A stretch of DNA of 64,000 nt from Octopus sinensis (GCF_006345805.1 NW_021832593.1:1-64000); one strand, 5' to 3'. Shown: positions 48,355 to 62,612, counted from the first letter of the stretch. The notes: a model not told the origin generated them from the sequence alone. Numbers and translations: made by a program.

Positions 48355-48478
48355 GTGTGTATGTGTGTGCTTGTGTGTGCCGATATGTTGTATCGGTGTG
48401 TGTATAAGTAAGTGTAGTTACTGTGTACGTTTGTATCGCACAACGCTACTAATATTCTGCAATCATTTGCTGCTTTAG
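48355..48478 (+). repeat. 124-bp exact direct repeat, copy 1 (copy 2 at 50760-50883)
   Basis: GTGTGTATGTGTGTGCTTG...CATTTGCTGCTTTAG identical by eye. Confidence 0.9.
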
Positions 48479-49134
48479 TCAGTTTGACGTCATACAGTCT
48501 CTGAGCTAATAATCAGGCAAAGAGACGTAAATGAGAACGTCTCTACTAATATATAGAACAGTTGAACGATTATCGTTCAGAAAATACCGACAATCTTTCA
48601 TACATGTATGTATACATTTATAAGCGCAGACATAGATACTCCGAGGTCATTGTACTCATACATCAAACAAGACCTTCCTTCTCCAGCGCATAGATCTGAA
48701 CGTAGTTGATTACAGTCCCATGTACACTTATACATGCAGACCTAGTGGTACATTTGTGCAGACCATGGTAGAAGTAGAAACTGTAAAGAATCGTTTCCGA
48801 GGTGCCATCGCCCGATTTAACCACAACTCAACTCTTGGTTTCCTTCAGGAGAGCTTAAACGATTGAGCGACCTTCCTCCGATTTAACACCCTTATTCGGC
48901 TCTTGTAAGCACGCGTTCTAGCAATGTCTGCGGCCTTAAGAGGGGTTCACTTTTCCAGCTGATGTGTTTTGGGAGCTCTGAAAGATGTGGTAAGAGCTGT
49001 CCCCTCTCTTGTGATTACATCAGGGAAAATGGAAATCTTTATACAAATTATCGAGCAGACACTTTGATGCAAATATGTTGACGTATTCTCATAATTACAC
49101 ATATACATACATATACACACAAATGTACGTAATA

Positions 49135-49718
49135 TTGGTTTAAAATTCTGGCACAAAGCCAGTAAGTTCGGGAAGGAAAGTAAATTGATTACATCAACCC
49201 CAGTCCATAACTGGTACTTATTTTATCGAACTGGGCGGAATTTGAATTCAGAATGGCAAGTCGGAAAAAATGCTGCTAAGCAATTTGTTCATGGTTCTGC
49301 AGCTCGCCGCTATACACAAAACAGATAACATTGGTTTCAAATTCGGTTACAGGGCCAGCAAGTTCAGAAGAGGGAGTAAGTCGATCACATCGACCCCAGT
49401 GCATAACAGGTACTTATTTCGTTGACCTCTAAAGGAAGAAAGGCAAAGACGACCTCGGCAAAAGGAATTTGAACTCAGAACGTAAAGACTGAAGAAATAC
49501 CGCTAAATATCTTGCCCGGCGTGCTAACGATTATGCCAGCTTGCTGCCTCACACACACACACACACACATACACAGTATTAGTTTCAAATTTTGGCACAA
49601 GGCCAGCAAATTCAGGAGAAGGGGTAAGTCAAATACATCGAACCCAGTGTTCAACGGGTACTTTATTTTATCGACCTTGAAAGGATGAAAGGCAAAGTCT
49701 ACCTCAGCGGAATTTGAA
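49135..49718 (-). mobile_element. Three co-oriented SINE-B short-tail copies (about 49135-49310, 49325-49545, 49575-49718)
   Basis: Each has GGCCAGCAA/GCCAGTAA...CGACCCCAGT...GGAATTTGAA. Confidence 0.75.
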
Positions 49719-50016
49719 CACACATATGGTATTACAAGTATTGATTCACTACAAGATGGAAACGGTGTTAAAGAAGAGAACATATATTTCTGTGTTTATC
49801 TGTAGACTCGCTTTTCTGGAGTAGCTTAGCGAACCGAGTATCGATTCTTTGTATTTACAAATCCATTGATGACTACATTCCAACACCTTGAACGAAGAAT
49901 TTTAGTCGCAAAAAAGGACTTGTAGATGCTCTGTTGGAGACAGCAAAATATGAGGTAGGTACGTTACTTGAATCTACGAACGAACATAAAAATCGCAGAC
50001 CCGCCCGAACACAGTA

Positions 50017-50609
50017 CAGTCATCCCTCGACTATCGTGGCTGTTACGTTCCAACCCCCCTTACCCCGCGATAAGTAAAAATCCACGAAGAAGAAACAGTA
50101 CTGTACAGATATTAATTATTTTATAATTTGTCTATATTCAGGCGCACGAGTGGCTGTGTGGTAAGTAGCTTGCCTACCAACCACATGGTTCTGGGTTCAG
50201 TCCCACTGCGTGGCATCTTGGGCAAGTGTCTTCTGCTATAGCCTCGGGCCGACCATGCCTTGTGAGTAGATTTGGTAGACGGAAACTGAAAGAAGCCTGT
50301 CGTATATATGTATGTATGTGTATGTATATGTTTGTCCCTCTAGCATTGCTTGATAACCTATGCTGGTGTGTTTACGTCCCCGTAAAAAAAAAGACCGATA
50401 GAATAAGTACTGGGCTTACAAAGAATAAGTCCCGGGGGCGATTTGCCCGACTAAAGGCGGTGCTCCAGCATGGCCGCAGTCAAATGACTGAAACAAGTAA
50501 AAGAGTATAAGAGTAAAATAGTATTTAATTTATTATAAATGCAAAACAACTTCACAGAGGAATCGACGTAAGCTTAAATGATAAACCGCGATATGTCGAG
50601 GGATTACTG
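50017..50609. mobile_element. pogo/Tigger-type MITE carrying a SINE A insertion
   Basis: TIRs CAGTCATCCCTCGACTATCG and CGATATGTCGAGGGATTACTG; TA on the left only. Confidence 0.7.
50140..50515 (+). mobile_element. SINE family A
   Basis: Head to AAGTAAAAGAGT tail. Confidence 0.9.
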
Positions 50610-51280
50610 TTTTAGAACACGTCGAGTATTAAATAAACAAGAGGCGAGTAACATGACATTTATTTGTAGGTTGTAAAACAATGTTAGGCTTTAACTGAGA
50701 AGGGATTTCCGTTGAACATCAAGTGGAGATCGAAGTCTTTCTGATAAAATTTTGAATGAGTGTGTATGTGTGTGCTTGTGTGTGCCGATATGTTGTATCG
50801 GTGTGTGTATAAGTAAGTGTAGTTACTGTGTACGTTTGTATCGCACAACGCTACTAATATTCTGCAATCATTTGCTGCTTTAGAATTCTCCACCCCCAAC
50901 ACCACCCCACCTCTGCCGCTCATTCACGGTGTGACGAGATTTTCATCGATTTTATATGTGAGTTGATGAATGCATAGATACATGTAGATGTAGGTGTAGA
51001 TATTTAGACTTTTATGTGGGTATATAATCTCTAGATGTGTGTGTGCGTGCGTGCGTGGGTGTAGATATGTAATATCTACGGGAACTACCCCACCAGCCAT
51101 GATCTTTCTTTCTTACCTGCCGTCCGTCAACACCTCTGGTGTCCATCTCCCATGTCCCTGCCTTTTTAGCCTTTCATCTCATACAAGCCAGCTCAATTTG
51201 AATCGTTCTCTTGTTATTTCTTGTTGTTTGTATTCGTAATTGTGTACCATATTCTCAGGATTTTTTGTTTCTCTCTTTCT

Positions 51281-51673
51281 CTCTTTTACTTGTTTCAGTC
51301 ATTTGACTGTGGCCATGCTGGAGCACCGCCTTTAGTCGAGCAAATCGACCCCGGGACTTATTCTTTGTAAGCCCAGTACTTATTCTATCAGTCTCTTTTG
51401 CCGAACCGCTAAGTAACAGGGACGTAAATACACCAGCATCGGTTGTCAAGCAATGCTAGGGGGACAAACACAGGCACACAAACACACACATATACATATA
51501 TATATACATATATACGACAGGCTTCTTTCAGTTTCCGTCTACCAAATCCACTCACAAGGCATTGGTCGACCCGGGGCTATAGCAGAAGACACTTGCCCAA
51601 GATGCCACGCAGTGGGACTGAACCCGGAACCATGTGGTTGGTTAGCAAGCTACTTACCACACAGCCACTCCTG
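51281..51673 (-). mobile_element. SINE family A
   Basis: Inverted relative to 50140-50515. Confidence 0.9.
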
Positions 51674-52080
51674 TTTGTTTGTTTGTTTTTTTTGTCTTTG
51701 TTGCTGTGCACATTCGCTAGCTTTCTTACAAAGGGGTCTAATGCTCTTAGCTTAGACATTTGTGGGGGCAACCAGATCGAACCATCTCGAGTGTAACTGC
51801 CCGAAATTGTTGTGACTTCTGGGACTTGACTGATGAAAGAAAGTCAAGAATGACCCGTCTTTTTTTACCTGTTCTTCTTATTGTTGTTTCTCTTGTCTGC
51901 CTATCTGTCCGAACGTTTTAATGCCCTCTATTGCGTTTTTGTTCCATTTGTATATATATATATATATATATATACACCGGAGTAAACATATAAATGTGAA
52001 ACAAGGTGGAAAAAAGAGTACTCAAATACCATGGGTAGAGTAATATGCTTTATTTAAAAGCAGAAGAAATTCAACAAAAC

Positions 52081-52118
52081 CTGTTACTCGGAGTTTCACG
52101 TTCCTGTTCGTCGGACAG
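52081..52118 (-). ncRNA. Hammerhead motif (family d, CCGACGA core)
   Basis: CTGT-CCGACGA-ACA-GGAA-CGT-GAAA-CTCCGAG-T-A-ACAG. Confidence 0.6.
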
Positions 52119-52150
52119 TTTTCTTAAACAAAACTGTTTTTTTAACAAAA

Positions 52151-52188
52151 CTGTCCGACGAACGGGAACGCGAAACTCCGAGTGACAG
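52151..52188 (+). ncRNA. Hammerhead motif (family d, G at the cleavage position)
   Basis: CTGT-CCGACGA-ACG-GGAA-CGC-GAAA-CTCCGAG-T-G-ACAG; G17 is expected to be non-cleaving. Confidence 0.45.
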
Positions 52189-52447
52189 GCTTTGTTGAAT
52201 TTCTGCTGCTTTTAAATAAAGTATATAATATATATATATATATAATATATATATATATATATTATATATATGTTTGTGTGTGTGTATGTGCGTGTGTGTG
52301 TGTGCGTGCCTATTTGTAGTGAATTAAAAAGTAATAATCAATTGTTGTTGATCAATATTTCTCCATTTTCTGTTTACTTTAAATTTGATTCCTGATAAAC
52401 TTATGTTTATCTTTGTCATTACCTGTAACCTATGAGCATAATATGCT

Positions 52448-52510
<63 letters not shown>

Positions 52511-52619
52511 ATATATGCCCAGGGTTAAAATAGCTAATGATACGGGTAGTATAACGGATAATTTTATTCCTCAGACGGTTATTCCAACCTCTAACTCTAC
52601 TAACCTCAATATATATAGT

Positions 52620-53590
<971 letters not shown>

Positions 53591-53998
53591 AGTAAAATAT
53601 GAAAAATCAACGAAAATGCATAAACGTTTTGTTCTCTTACTTTATTATCATCTTATAATCATCTCATAATGATGACCTTTATGACTCGTATTACTACCTC
53701 AGTCGATCTAAATGTATATATTTGTCACTAACTGTTATAAATAGCCTTTTTCTATTTGCAATATGCATTTTCGTTGATTTTTCATATTTTACCCTTACAT
53801 TTCCACGTGTATTTTATATTTTCTTTTCGTAACATATTTCTTCTATATATATATATATGTGTGTGTGTGTACAGAGAGAGAGAGAGAGAGAGAGCTAAGG
53901 AAAAGGAGGGTGAGAGATGGGTGAGAGAGGGAGGGGGAGAGAGAGGTACGCACACATGTAATAGAGGCACATCTCTTTAGTAGATGTGTGTGTGTGTG

Positions 53999-54055
<57 letters not shown>

Positions 54056-54057
<2 letters not shown>

Positions 54058-55575
54058 TATTATGTTTTATTTCAAGATTTCTTGCCAATAGAGAAAGATC
54101 CAAATTTCCTTGATTGGAATTTCAACATCAACATCTGGGTATTTTTAAATGAATGTATGTATGACTGTATGTATGTATTATGTATGTGTGCATGTATGTA
54201 ATTTATGTATCTATGTATATTTGTATGTATGTCTGTTTACGTACAGGTGTGTATATTTTGTTTATGTATGTCTTCTCATGCATATTGTTGCATATCTAGA
54301 CATGCTCATATATATATTGAAATGATAAACTTCTGGAAAGTTATACAGATTTTTACACTTCCAGTGATGGCTTTGATCTGTAATCTCCTTCCTGGTTTTG
54401 AGAAGCTTAATTTCTCAAGGCTGTGTGTTACATATCCCAGGGCTCCAATAATTACATGTATAAACCTGAACCTGGAAACTAGATAGAGTAACTGCAGATT
54501 TTTCAATAATTCAGCACAGGTGTTATCTTTTTCACTGATCTTCAGCATTATCTTAACATCCGCTGGGCAGCTAATTTCTACAATTGTGCACAGTCTCTCT
54601 TCTCTTTCTCAAATCATTCTATCAGGTCTATTATTTTTACATTCTATTGAGGTTTTCATTCCACCAGTACCCCTTTTTTTATGAATGACTATGGCCTCTA
54701 CCAAATTGTAGGTTCTTATTTCTTTGTCCTCGGGATTATCCTTCCGACGGATTTCATTATAGAGCGTCATAGCTACAACATCCTGTCTCATATCTTTGCT
54801 GTTAACTCCACAAAATCTCCATTAGTTGTAAAATTTTACTGCTTTGCCTCCATATTTGTCCCTTTTGTGCAAGAGGTGTTTGGTTGATAATTCCTGTTCC
54901 TGGACTGTAAACGCATGTCCTTTAAAATGGGAGGTCTTAATCCAGTTGTTGGTCCATGATAGACTGCTTTGATGATCAATGTTACTATCATCACGGAGCT
55001 TTCTAATAACATATCCATGCATCGTCTTCTGCTCATATACACTCATCCTTTCATCTGATGATATGTTGCGGTTGTGTCGTGCAACTTCTTTAGGCTTATA
55101 TATTTAAAGTTATCAGACAAGGAACTCTGCTCAAGGGGCTGCCCTCCAAGTCTTATAATGTTATCAGTCTCATCTATGAAAAGTTGGTCAAGGGATGTAC
55201 TTCGACATTTGGTGGTAAAAATATGTTGCCGAAGGGATATGATACGACATTTAAAGGCAGTCTGGATTGATGATAAGCCTCTTCTTTCGTTTTAGGAAGA
55301 GGCGGTTTATATTAGTGTTGATGTGGAAATTGTGTGTACTTGTTAGTATCTTCCGGGTTTTCACATCAAAGGCTCAGGTCTCATCAAGCGTCCAATCAAT
55401 TAACCCAAATGTTGGTATGAGTACTGGCACTGTAAACATGTAGTGGGCCACTGTTTTATTGAATGCAGAGAGTTCTTTATTCTGCTGAAATATTTCTTAG
55501 TGACACGTATTTTTTTACAGGTGACATTGGAAGATATGTTTTCAACTACCCCTAGATACCTGTAACATTCCCCGT
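54056..55575 (-). mobile_element. R4/Dong-type LINE 3' fragment (RT end, zinc knuckle, restriction-like endonuclease)
   Basis: HGYVIRKL, RQDVVA, NRPDRMI, IIGALGYV, GSVKIC; ends in an ATAATAAT tail; many stops and frameshifts. Confidence 0.8.
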
Positions 55576-55719
55576 CATATATAGAGGAAGTAGCTAAGTC
55601 ATTGGTGGAGATGTTGCTAGTCTATAAATGTATGTACGTATATACGTATGTATGCATGTATATATGCATGTACGTATGTATGTGTGTATGTATGTATGTA
55701 AGTATGTATGTACGTAAGT

Positions 55720-57440
55720 CTCTTCTATTTTCTAATTCTTATAAATCTTCCACTGAGGAGAATGCCGGTTTCCGACAAAGAAAAAAGGCGCCATCTTTGG
55801 GATGTAGTTAACACAAACAAATTCATATTTGGAACTTAGAAAAGTCTTGCATATTTTTACTGTTCCACTCACAGATTGCACTTGTAATGTATGAATTAAC
55901 CGGTCGATTTCTCTTTCTGAAAATTCCAGTTTATCTAGATTCTCCTTGAAGCATTTACTAACAAAACCTAGTGCTCCAATTATTATTGGTATGAATATGA
56001 ATTCATAGTCTGGATATAGAAGGTGGAAGTTTTGAAGCAGTTGTCCATGGATATCCTCTTTTTCTTTGATTTTCAAAGAGATATTTATATCTGCAGGGTT
56101 GCTAACCACTATGATAGTACATACTTTTGTCCCAAACAACAATATCCCGACTGTTATGCTCACATTTGACAGAAATTTTTATGGGAATATTTTACCAGTA
56201 TTCCTTGAGTTGGTGTTTTTTAAATGTATTCCATAACAGAGGGATTTTACAAGATTATTTCAGGAAAGACTTTTTGCGCACGGCATTCTAAATTGTTTTA
56301 GCGACAACATCATGCCGCATAGAGAGGTAACTCCGTGACGACATTTTAGGACAGCTGCTAATCACATGCGTGATGTCTTCCATGTATGTATGTATGTATG
56401 TATGTATGTATGTATGTATGTATGTATGTATGTATGTACGTATGTATGTGTATGTTAAACCATAGCCTAGAAACAATAGCTACAATTTCCACATTGGCTT
56501 AGATTTGATATTCTTACCTTTTTGGCGGAACGGGATGTATCTACCACTTGTCTTGGAGAAGCTGTTATGTTTGTAATATGTTTGTAATATTCTCAAGTTC
56601 TTCGGACATGAAGTTGCATACCTTTCTACTGGTATGATGAGTGATTCTCTTTAAAGGTTTCAAGTTAATCTAGATACCTTTGTTTCACATAAAATAGCTG
56701 TACACACGGAGAACCCATACAGTTTTTCGCTTCCTCCCAAGTAATTACAAATGTGATTAACTTGTTTCTTCTTTTATATTTCAAAAGGTGTTGTCTGAGT
56801 AAAACGATGCCGTTCTCAAGTGTCATCTTGACGGGTCTTATGACTTCAATACCCCTTTTGTTTAACATACCAGCTTTTGTCACTGTTGATGGGAAGCTGA
56901 CCGATAGTGGCTTAAATCTTTCTAGATTCGATTTTTTGCGGATTTATTAATGTCTCCAGTCTGGCAGTGGAGCTGCAAAAGTATTATAGAATATGGTTTT
57001 ATTGAATGCAGACAACTCTCTTTCCAAAGTCTGCTGGAATATTCTTTTGATATTCCATTTTACTTCCAGCACCAACGTATGCAGTTCCGGAGTATTTTTA
57101 ACATTCACTAGTGAATTTAGGGAAGATAGACATGCCATTCATATCCATATTTCTCGTCAGATCAACAAAATTTCCTTGGCTCACTTCTATTAATGAACAT
57201 TTAACCAAATTCCATGTTTTGGCCTATTCTGACATTTTGTGTTAGGAATATTAGCTACATACAAATGTAAGATCATCGGCAGAAACGGCGAAGGGGGCGT
57301 TTATTGTTCACTTCTCTATAATATCTAGACTATAGCCGTTGTATATCTTAAACAGAACTGATAATGAGTTCATTCTCAGGACGAACAACATTACAAACAA
57401 ACTGTTTTATTCCTGGAATATTTCTGGCGTTAACTTAAAT
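55720..57440 (-). mobile_element. Second, internally deleted R4/Dong-type LINE
   Basis: EDITHVISSCPKMSS...RHDVVAK; IIVVSNPADINI..KIKEKE..., IPIIIGALG, SGTVKICKTF. The upstream 56460-57440 part is assigned with less certainty. Confidence 0.7.
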
Positions 57441-58143
57441 TTAATAGTATTTATAACTTCGGTGTATTTTATCAACTGTTGGCCATAGCTGTTTGTCTTT
57501 TAATGACATTACTTATAGAAAATGGATCTTTGGTAGCACCGAGTGTGAGAGAGAAAAAGAGAGAGAGTTTAATCATAATATCTGTCAATTTCAGAAGAAG
57601 CGCTTCGTTTTCTTATGGACATATTTATTGCTGAAGAGGTGCATGGCAGAACCCCAAACTCTTCCTTTCCGCTCATCGATTATCACATTCGCATTGATCT
57701 TCAAGAAAAACATTCAAGTCTCCTGTCTACAGTTTATACATTATACTGAAGCATGCATGGCTATTGAGCCTTAAGTATGAATGTTCTACTTCATCTGCCA
57801 ATCTGTTTTCCATGCTAAAATCAATTTTTGTTATTCTCTTGGCCTGTTTGACAAAAGTTTCCCTGCAGAACCTGAGCTTCCTGCGCCAATAACTAACTCT
57901 TATGTCTCTCTCTCACATATTTTACAGTTTGGTAGTTTTGTAACAACCATCGACAGTTTCGCTGGTGATGTCTTCCTATTTGGTAGAACCACTTCCTGGC
58001 CCTCACTCTGAGGTTCATTTAATTACACCGTATCGTGGTTCTGTTATTTAGTCTCCCCTTTCAGATTTAGCTCGTCATGGGGAGGCACCTTAAAAATGTT
58101 AATGTAATGGCATAAAGAGTTACAGTAAGATGGTAACATGATA

Positions 58144-58378
58144 TACCTATTTTTTTACTACCCGCAAGGCGCTAAACACAGAGAGGGCAAACAAGGACAG
58201 ACAAAGGTATTAAGACGATTACATCGACCCCAGTGCGTAACTGGTACTTAATTTATCGACCCCGAAAGGATGAAAGGCAAAATCGACCTCGGCGGAATTT
58301 GAACTCAGAACGTAACGGCAGACGAAATACGGCTACGCATTTCGCCCGGCGTGCTAACGTTTCTGCCAGCTCGCCGCC
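58144..58378 (-). mobile_element. SINE family B (long-tail variant)
   Basis: ATACCTATTT...CCCGAAAGGATGAAAGGC...CTGCCAGCTCGCCGCC. Confidence 0.9.
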
Positions 58379-59271
58379 TTTACCATGCCAGGATTAACTG
58401 CTCTTACCTTTTACACTTTTTCACGTCGATTGACCGCTTGAGGTTTGTATTGAACGTTTATTACTTCACCTGCAAATGCCTTTCATTGGCTCTAGCCATA
58501 GATTTTGGATACTCTGCCAAATATTTGCAGACGTTAATTTAAGAACTCATTATTCACGTTTTGTATCATAGTAATACCCAATTCTCGAATGTGCTTTTCT
58601 ATGTCTGTTGATGAATTTTAAGCGAGCGATAATCCTGTTTGGTTCTTACCAACTCCTTTGTGATTCTGAAAAACTGTAACTACAATACAATACAAGAATA
58701 CAGAAGGGAAAAAAACAGAGCATCGATTTGTGATCAATGTTCTTTAACAGTCTGATCGTTTTCAGGTGACTACATAAATACATTTTCTCCCACTTTGTGT
58801 CCTCATTGTTCGTTCCTTTGACGATGGGAATAAAGATCGAATATTGCTCTGGTCTTTGATTTGTTGTTTATATTCTTTACTCCTTTCATAAGCGGCATCT
58901 TTCCCATTGACCGTCTAATAATGGACGTCTTATTTGTGTGTCGAAGTTGTCGCCTTACGAGTCTTTTATGTCCTGTTTTCTCGAGAGAAGAATTCTCTGA
59001 TTTCATTAAAATGTTATTTGCTCTCTACTTTTGGTGGTCGATTATGCTAAGCAACATCTTCCTTCCCCACAAAAGTAGTTTTATGATGTTTATGCCTTTG
59101 CTTCAAACTGAAATGCAAATATTTGGAATATTCAATATCCCCCATTTAACAAATCGAAGGATCTTCACTTAATGAAAACAATGAAGAGTTACTTGCCCTT
59201 TTTTGTGGAATTGATAATGGTTCGGATTCAATTCACTAGTCCAAGGCATTTGTGTATAAATATGTATACAT

Positions 59272-60395
59272 GTATTGGACCATCCCATAAATAATGCGTT
59301 TTTTTATACATTTCTTTTTCCAAAATTAAGATAAACAAAGTTCTCTTCTAATACAAAATATACTCTCCTTCATTTTCTACAATATTCTTCCATCTATTTG
59401 GTAGATTTGCAAAGCCCCTCTTCCAAAATTGATTTGTCCGTGACGAAAAATATTCCTCCATTACTGTTCAGACCTCGACTACAGAATTCATATTTTTTTC
59501 CAAGTGATTTTGAAGACTGCAGAATAAATGATGATCAGAAGGGGCAATGTCCGGCGAATATGGTGTGTGAGGCATTGTTTCCCAGTCAAACTGCTCCAGC
59601 CTTTGGAATGTCATCCACGTTGTATGTGGCCCAGCATTATCCTAATGGAAGAACAGCTTTCGCCTTGAAACCAAACACGGTCGTTTTTCTTCTTTGCTGA
59701 CTTAAGCCGCTGAAGCTGCTCGCAGCAGATATCTTTATTTATCGTTTGGTTTGGGTTTAAAGGTTCAAAGTGGACTAAACCTTTCATATCCCACCAAACA
59801 GATAACAACACCTTACGTGGGTGAAGAACTTCTTTAGCCTGGGGCGCCGGTATTTCTCCTTTCCCTACCCATTGCCTTCAGCGCTTTACATTTTTATAGA
59901 GAACCCATTTCTCGTCACCAGTCACTAATCGGTCCGAAAAAAGTTCATTCGTGAGACGTGACAACAAAGAAGAGCACATACTCAGTCTCTGTGCGCGATT
60001 AGACTCGGAAATTTTGTGAGGAATCCATTGACCCAATTTGCTGACTTTTCCGATTGCACGCAGGTGTCGATGAATGGTTGAATGACCAAATCCAAGCTTC
60101 TCTGCTAGTTCCTCAATGGGATTTTATTCCACCAGGATTTGCAGGATGTCCTCGTCGAACTCATAAAGCAAAATATGTCGAATGTGCTCTTTTGTCACTT
60201 CCATTATAGCTTTGAAAAAATAACTATTAAAATTGAACTGCACTCTTCAAACGTTGCACTAAGAAAGAGGAACAAGATAAAATTACTGCCCGCTTTTATA
60301 GCAAGTTGGTGCAGGTAGTTTATCCAGTCCCCCTCCGACTTTTAGTTCATGCAATTGTAAAAAAATCGCATTAATTATTTTGTCGATGACAAAAG
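59272..60395 (-). pseudogene. Mariner transposon, internally deleted, with both TIRs
   Basis: TIR TATTGGACCATCCCATAAATAATGCG and a degenerate partner; MEVTKEHIRH, LGQWIPH, LVTGDEKWVLY, MLLSVWWDMKG. Confidence 0.88.
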
Positions 60396-60400
60396 ACATT

Positions 60401-60598
60401 AAGGCGGCGAGCGGACAGAATCGTTAACACACCGGACAAAATTCCTAGCGGCATTTTTTACATTCTGAGTTCGAATTCCGCCTTTTCATGCGTTAGGGGT
60501 CAATAAAATAAGTACAAGTTGAGCCTTGGGACTGATGTGATCGGCGTACCCCCTGCCCCTAATTTTGCTGGCCTTGGCCCAAAATTTGAAGCCAAATA
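60401..60598 (+). mobile_element. SINE family B (short-tail variant), diverged
   Basis: GGCGGCGAGCGGACAGAA...GAGTTCGAATTCCGCC...GCTGGCCTTGG. Confidence 0.75.
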
Positions 60599-61965
60599 TG
60601 AAAGGGATCGTAGAGAAATAAATTCTTTCTTGTTTTGTAAGTGGATATATTTCTTCTGACACTTCGACGTAAGTAGAGTTTTAAGACGGACATCACTTGA
60701 TGTGATGGCAACCAGTTGTTTGAGGTGAGAATAAGTTTGAAAGCTGCAATAATAGAAAGACAGAGGTGACAGCATCATTTAGTTATGGTCGTTGATGTGA
60801 GTTATATATCATACTACAGGTGACAGTACGTTTCATTCTTCTAGGATCGATAAACATCAAATAAAGTCACTCATCCTCTTGTGGTTTGTATCGGCGTTAG
60901 AAAGCATTATTAATTATATACTTTCATGCTATGAAGTCGAAACTCAGTGATGCTTGTTTTTCTTTTGTATTCTGTTAGCTTCAGCCAAGTCAAAGGAGTG
61001 TAAATTTTGTTCTGCTCCAAATGTGTTGTTTTGTTTACGAAGATAGAGTAGTGTTCATTAACAACGCTTCGTCGGGTTATTGATTTCAACACTGCTCAAC
61101 GGGTTTCAGTTTCGATGTTGACATTTAGAGGAGTGTAGAGGCTGTCATGATGTACCGTGAGGTAATTCCACAGTTGGGAACCTGAGAACCTAAATTCCAT
61201 ACATGAATCAGATCGAACTCCGCTAAAGACACCAAGGGGCAGGCTCTTGTTTTATCAATGTACATTGTCGGTTGTCGGTAGAGATACAAAACAGACACAT
61301 TTACATTAACATCACATTTCACTGATGTTATTTATTTCCCGTTCTTTAGGAAATTACTTGAATTTTTTCGTTTTGTTTTGTTTCGTTTTTGTTTTTACTG
61401 TTCAGCTTTTTGTTATTTTGGCCGGTTTTTTTTTTTATTGATTCATAATATTGAAACTTCGATCTTTGTTATCTCAACCTGAACACATTTTTTTTAAAAA
61501 AAAAAAAGGAATTTTTTGTAGTGTATATTTCCCTTGATCACATTTTTACGACGTGTTTCCATTTCTAGCAACCTAAAGAACTAATTAACGACAACGTGTT
61601 CTTTGAAGATAACAATCACACTTACCATATCACCTGATTATATGTACCTGGCTGTATTCTCACAGGAGAAGGAGGAGGAGGAGGGGAGGATGGTTGTGTG
61701 CGGTGATGGCGGTGGTGTTCTTGAGTATTCTGCGAATGGTGTCTGTGTGTATTGAGATGCGATAGTGTGTTTACGTGTGTTTTAATGGTGGTGGTGTGAT
61801 TGTGTATTCTGATAGCAGTGGTGCGTTTATAAGTTCTTATTGTAATGATGTGTGTTGACAGTGGTGAAGTGTTTGTGTGTTGATGAAGGGGATACCGTCT
61901 TCAAACAGTGGTCGTATTGGTGTGTTAGTGCTCTCTCTCTCTCTCTCTCACTCACTCTCTCTTTC

Positions 61966-62008
<43 letters not shown>

Positions 62009-62612
62009 CTGCTTTTACTCCCAAACCCAATATATGCAGTATTCTCGTTAATTCCGAGTTATTTGTAACATTCATTGCTGCAGCTAGAGAGGATATGTTG
62101 TTTTCTCTCCCTCTCTATTCTTCGACAACAATCTTTACTCGTTTTTCTACCAAATATAGATATTTATCCTGATCAAATTCTATTCCTATGTTGCGACCAG
62201 TTGTAACCTTATCTTGGTATCAGGGATAATTACTCCACAACAGATTCAGGACATGAGCAAAGAAAAAAGGTGTTGTCATTAATTTTCTTGTCCTCTGTAG
62301 AACCTTATCGGTAGATTTAAAATATCCTTCACTTGACGGTTAAGTTGGCAGGACCAAAAGAATTATAGAGGAAATATCAGCTGGGAATATTCTTGAAAAT
62401 AAACTAATTTTGTCTTTATTATAGTGACTTCCGTTCTTATTGTTGCCAGCTTTTTTTAATAGCATCAGCTCTAACAGATGGAAACTTGGCAAGATGTAGC
62501 GTCTCTAATATAAAAGTAGGACAGAATGAAACACATTCTTAAAGTGAAAGTTTACAATTAGTAAACATCGGCGATGTTGCTTCTCTTTCTTAAAGACAGG
62601 GTGTTTAGTTTT

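Larger units (their letters stand above)
52048..52222. mobile_element. Penelope-like inverted terminal repeat (~75-bp arms) with a hammerhead motif in each arm
   Basis: CTTTATTTAAAAGCAG...TCGTCGGACAGTTTT and AAAACTGTCCGACGA...CTTTTAAATAAAG. Confidence 0.75.

Noticed and set aside
60642-60668. 27-nt plus-strand micro-exon candidate with GTAAGT donor
   Set aside because: Too short to evaluate; the acceptor overlaps another donor-like GTAAGT.
62301-62338. Strong plus-strand acceptor followed by 38 nt (TLSVDLKYPSLD)
   Set aside because: Weak donor and no supporting homology.
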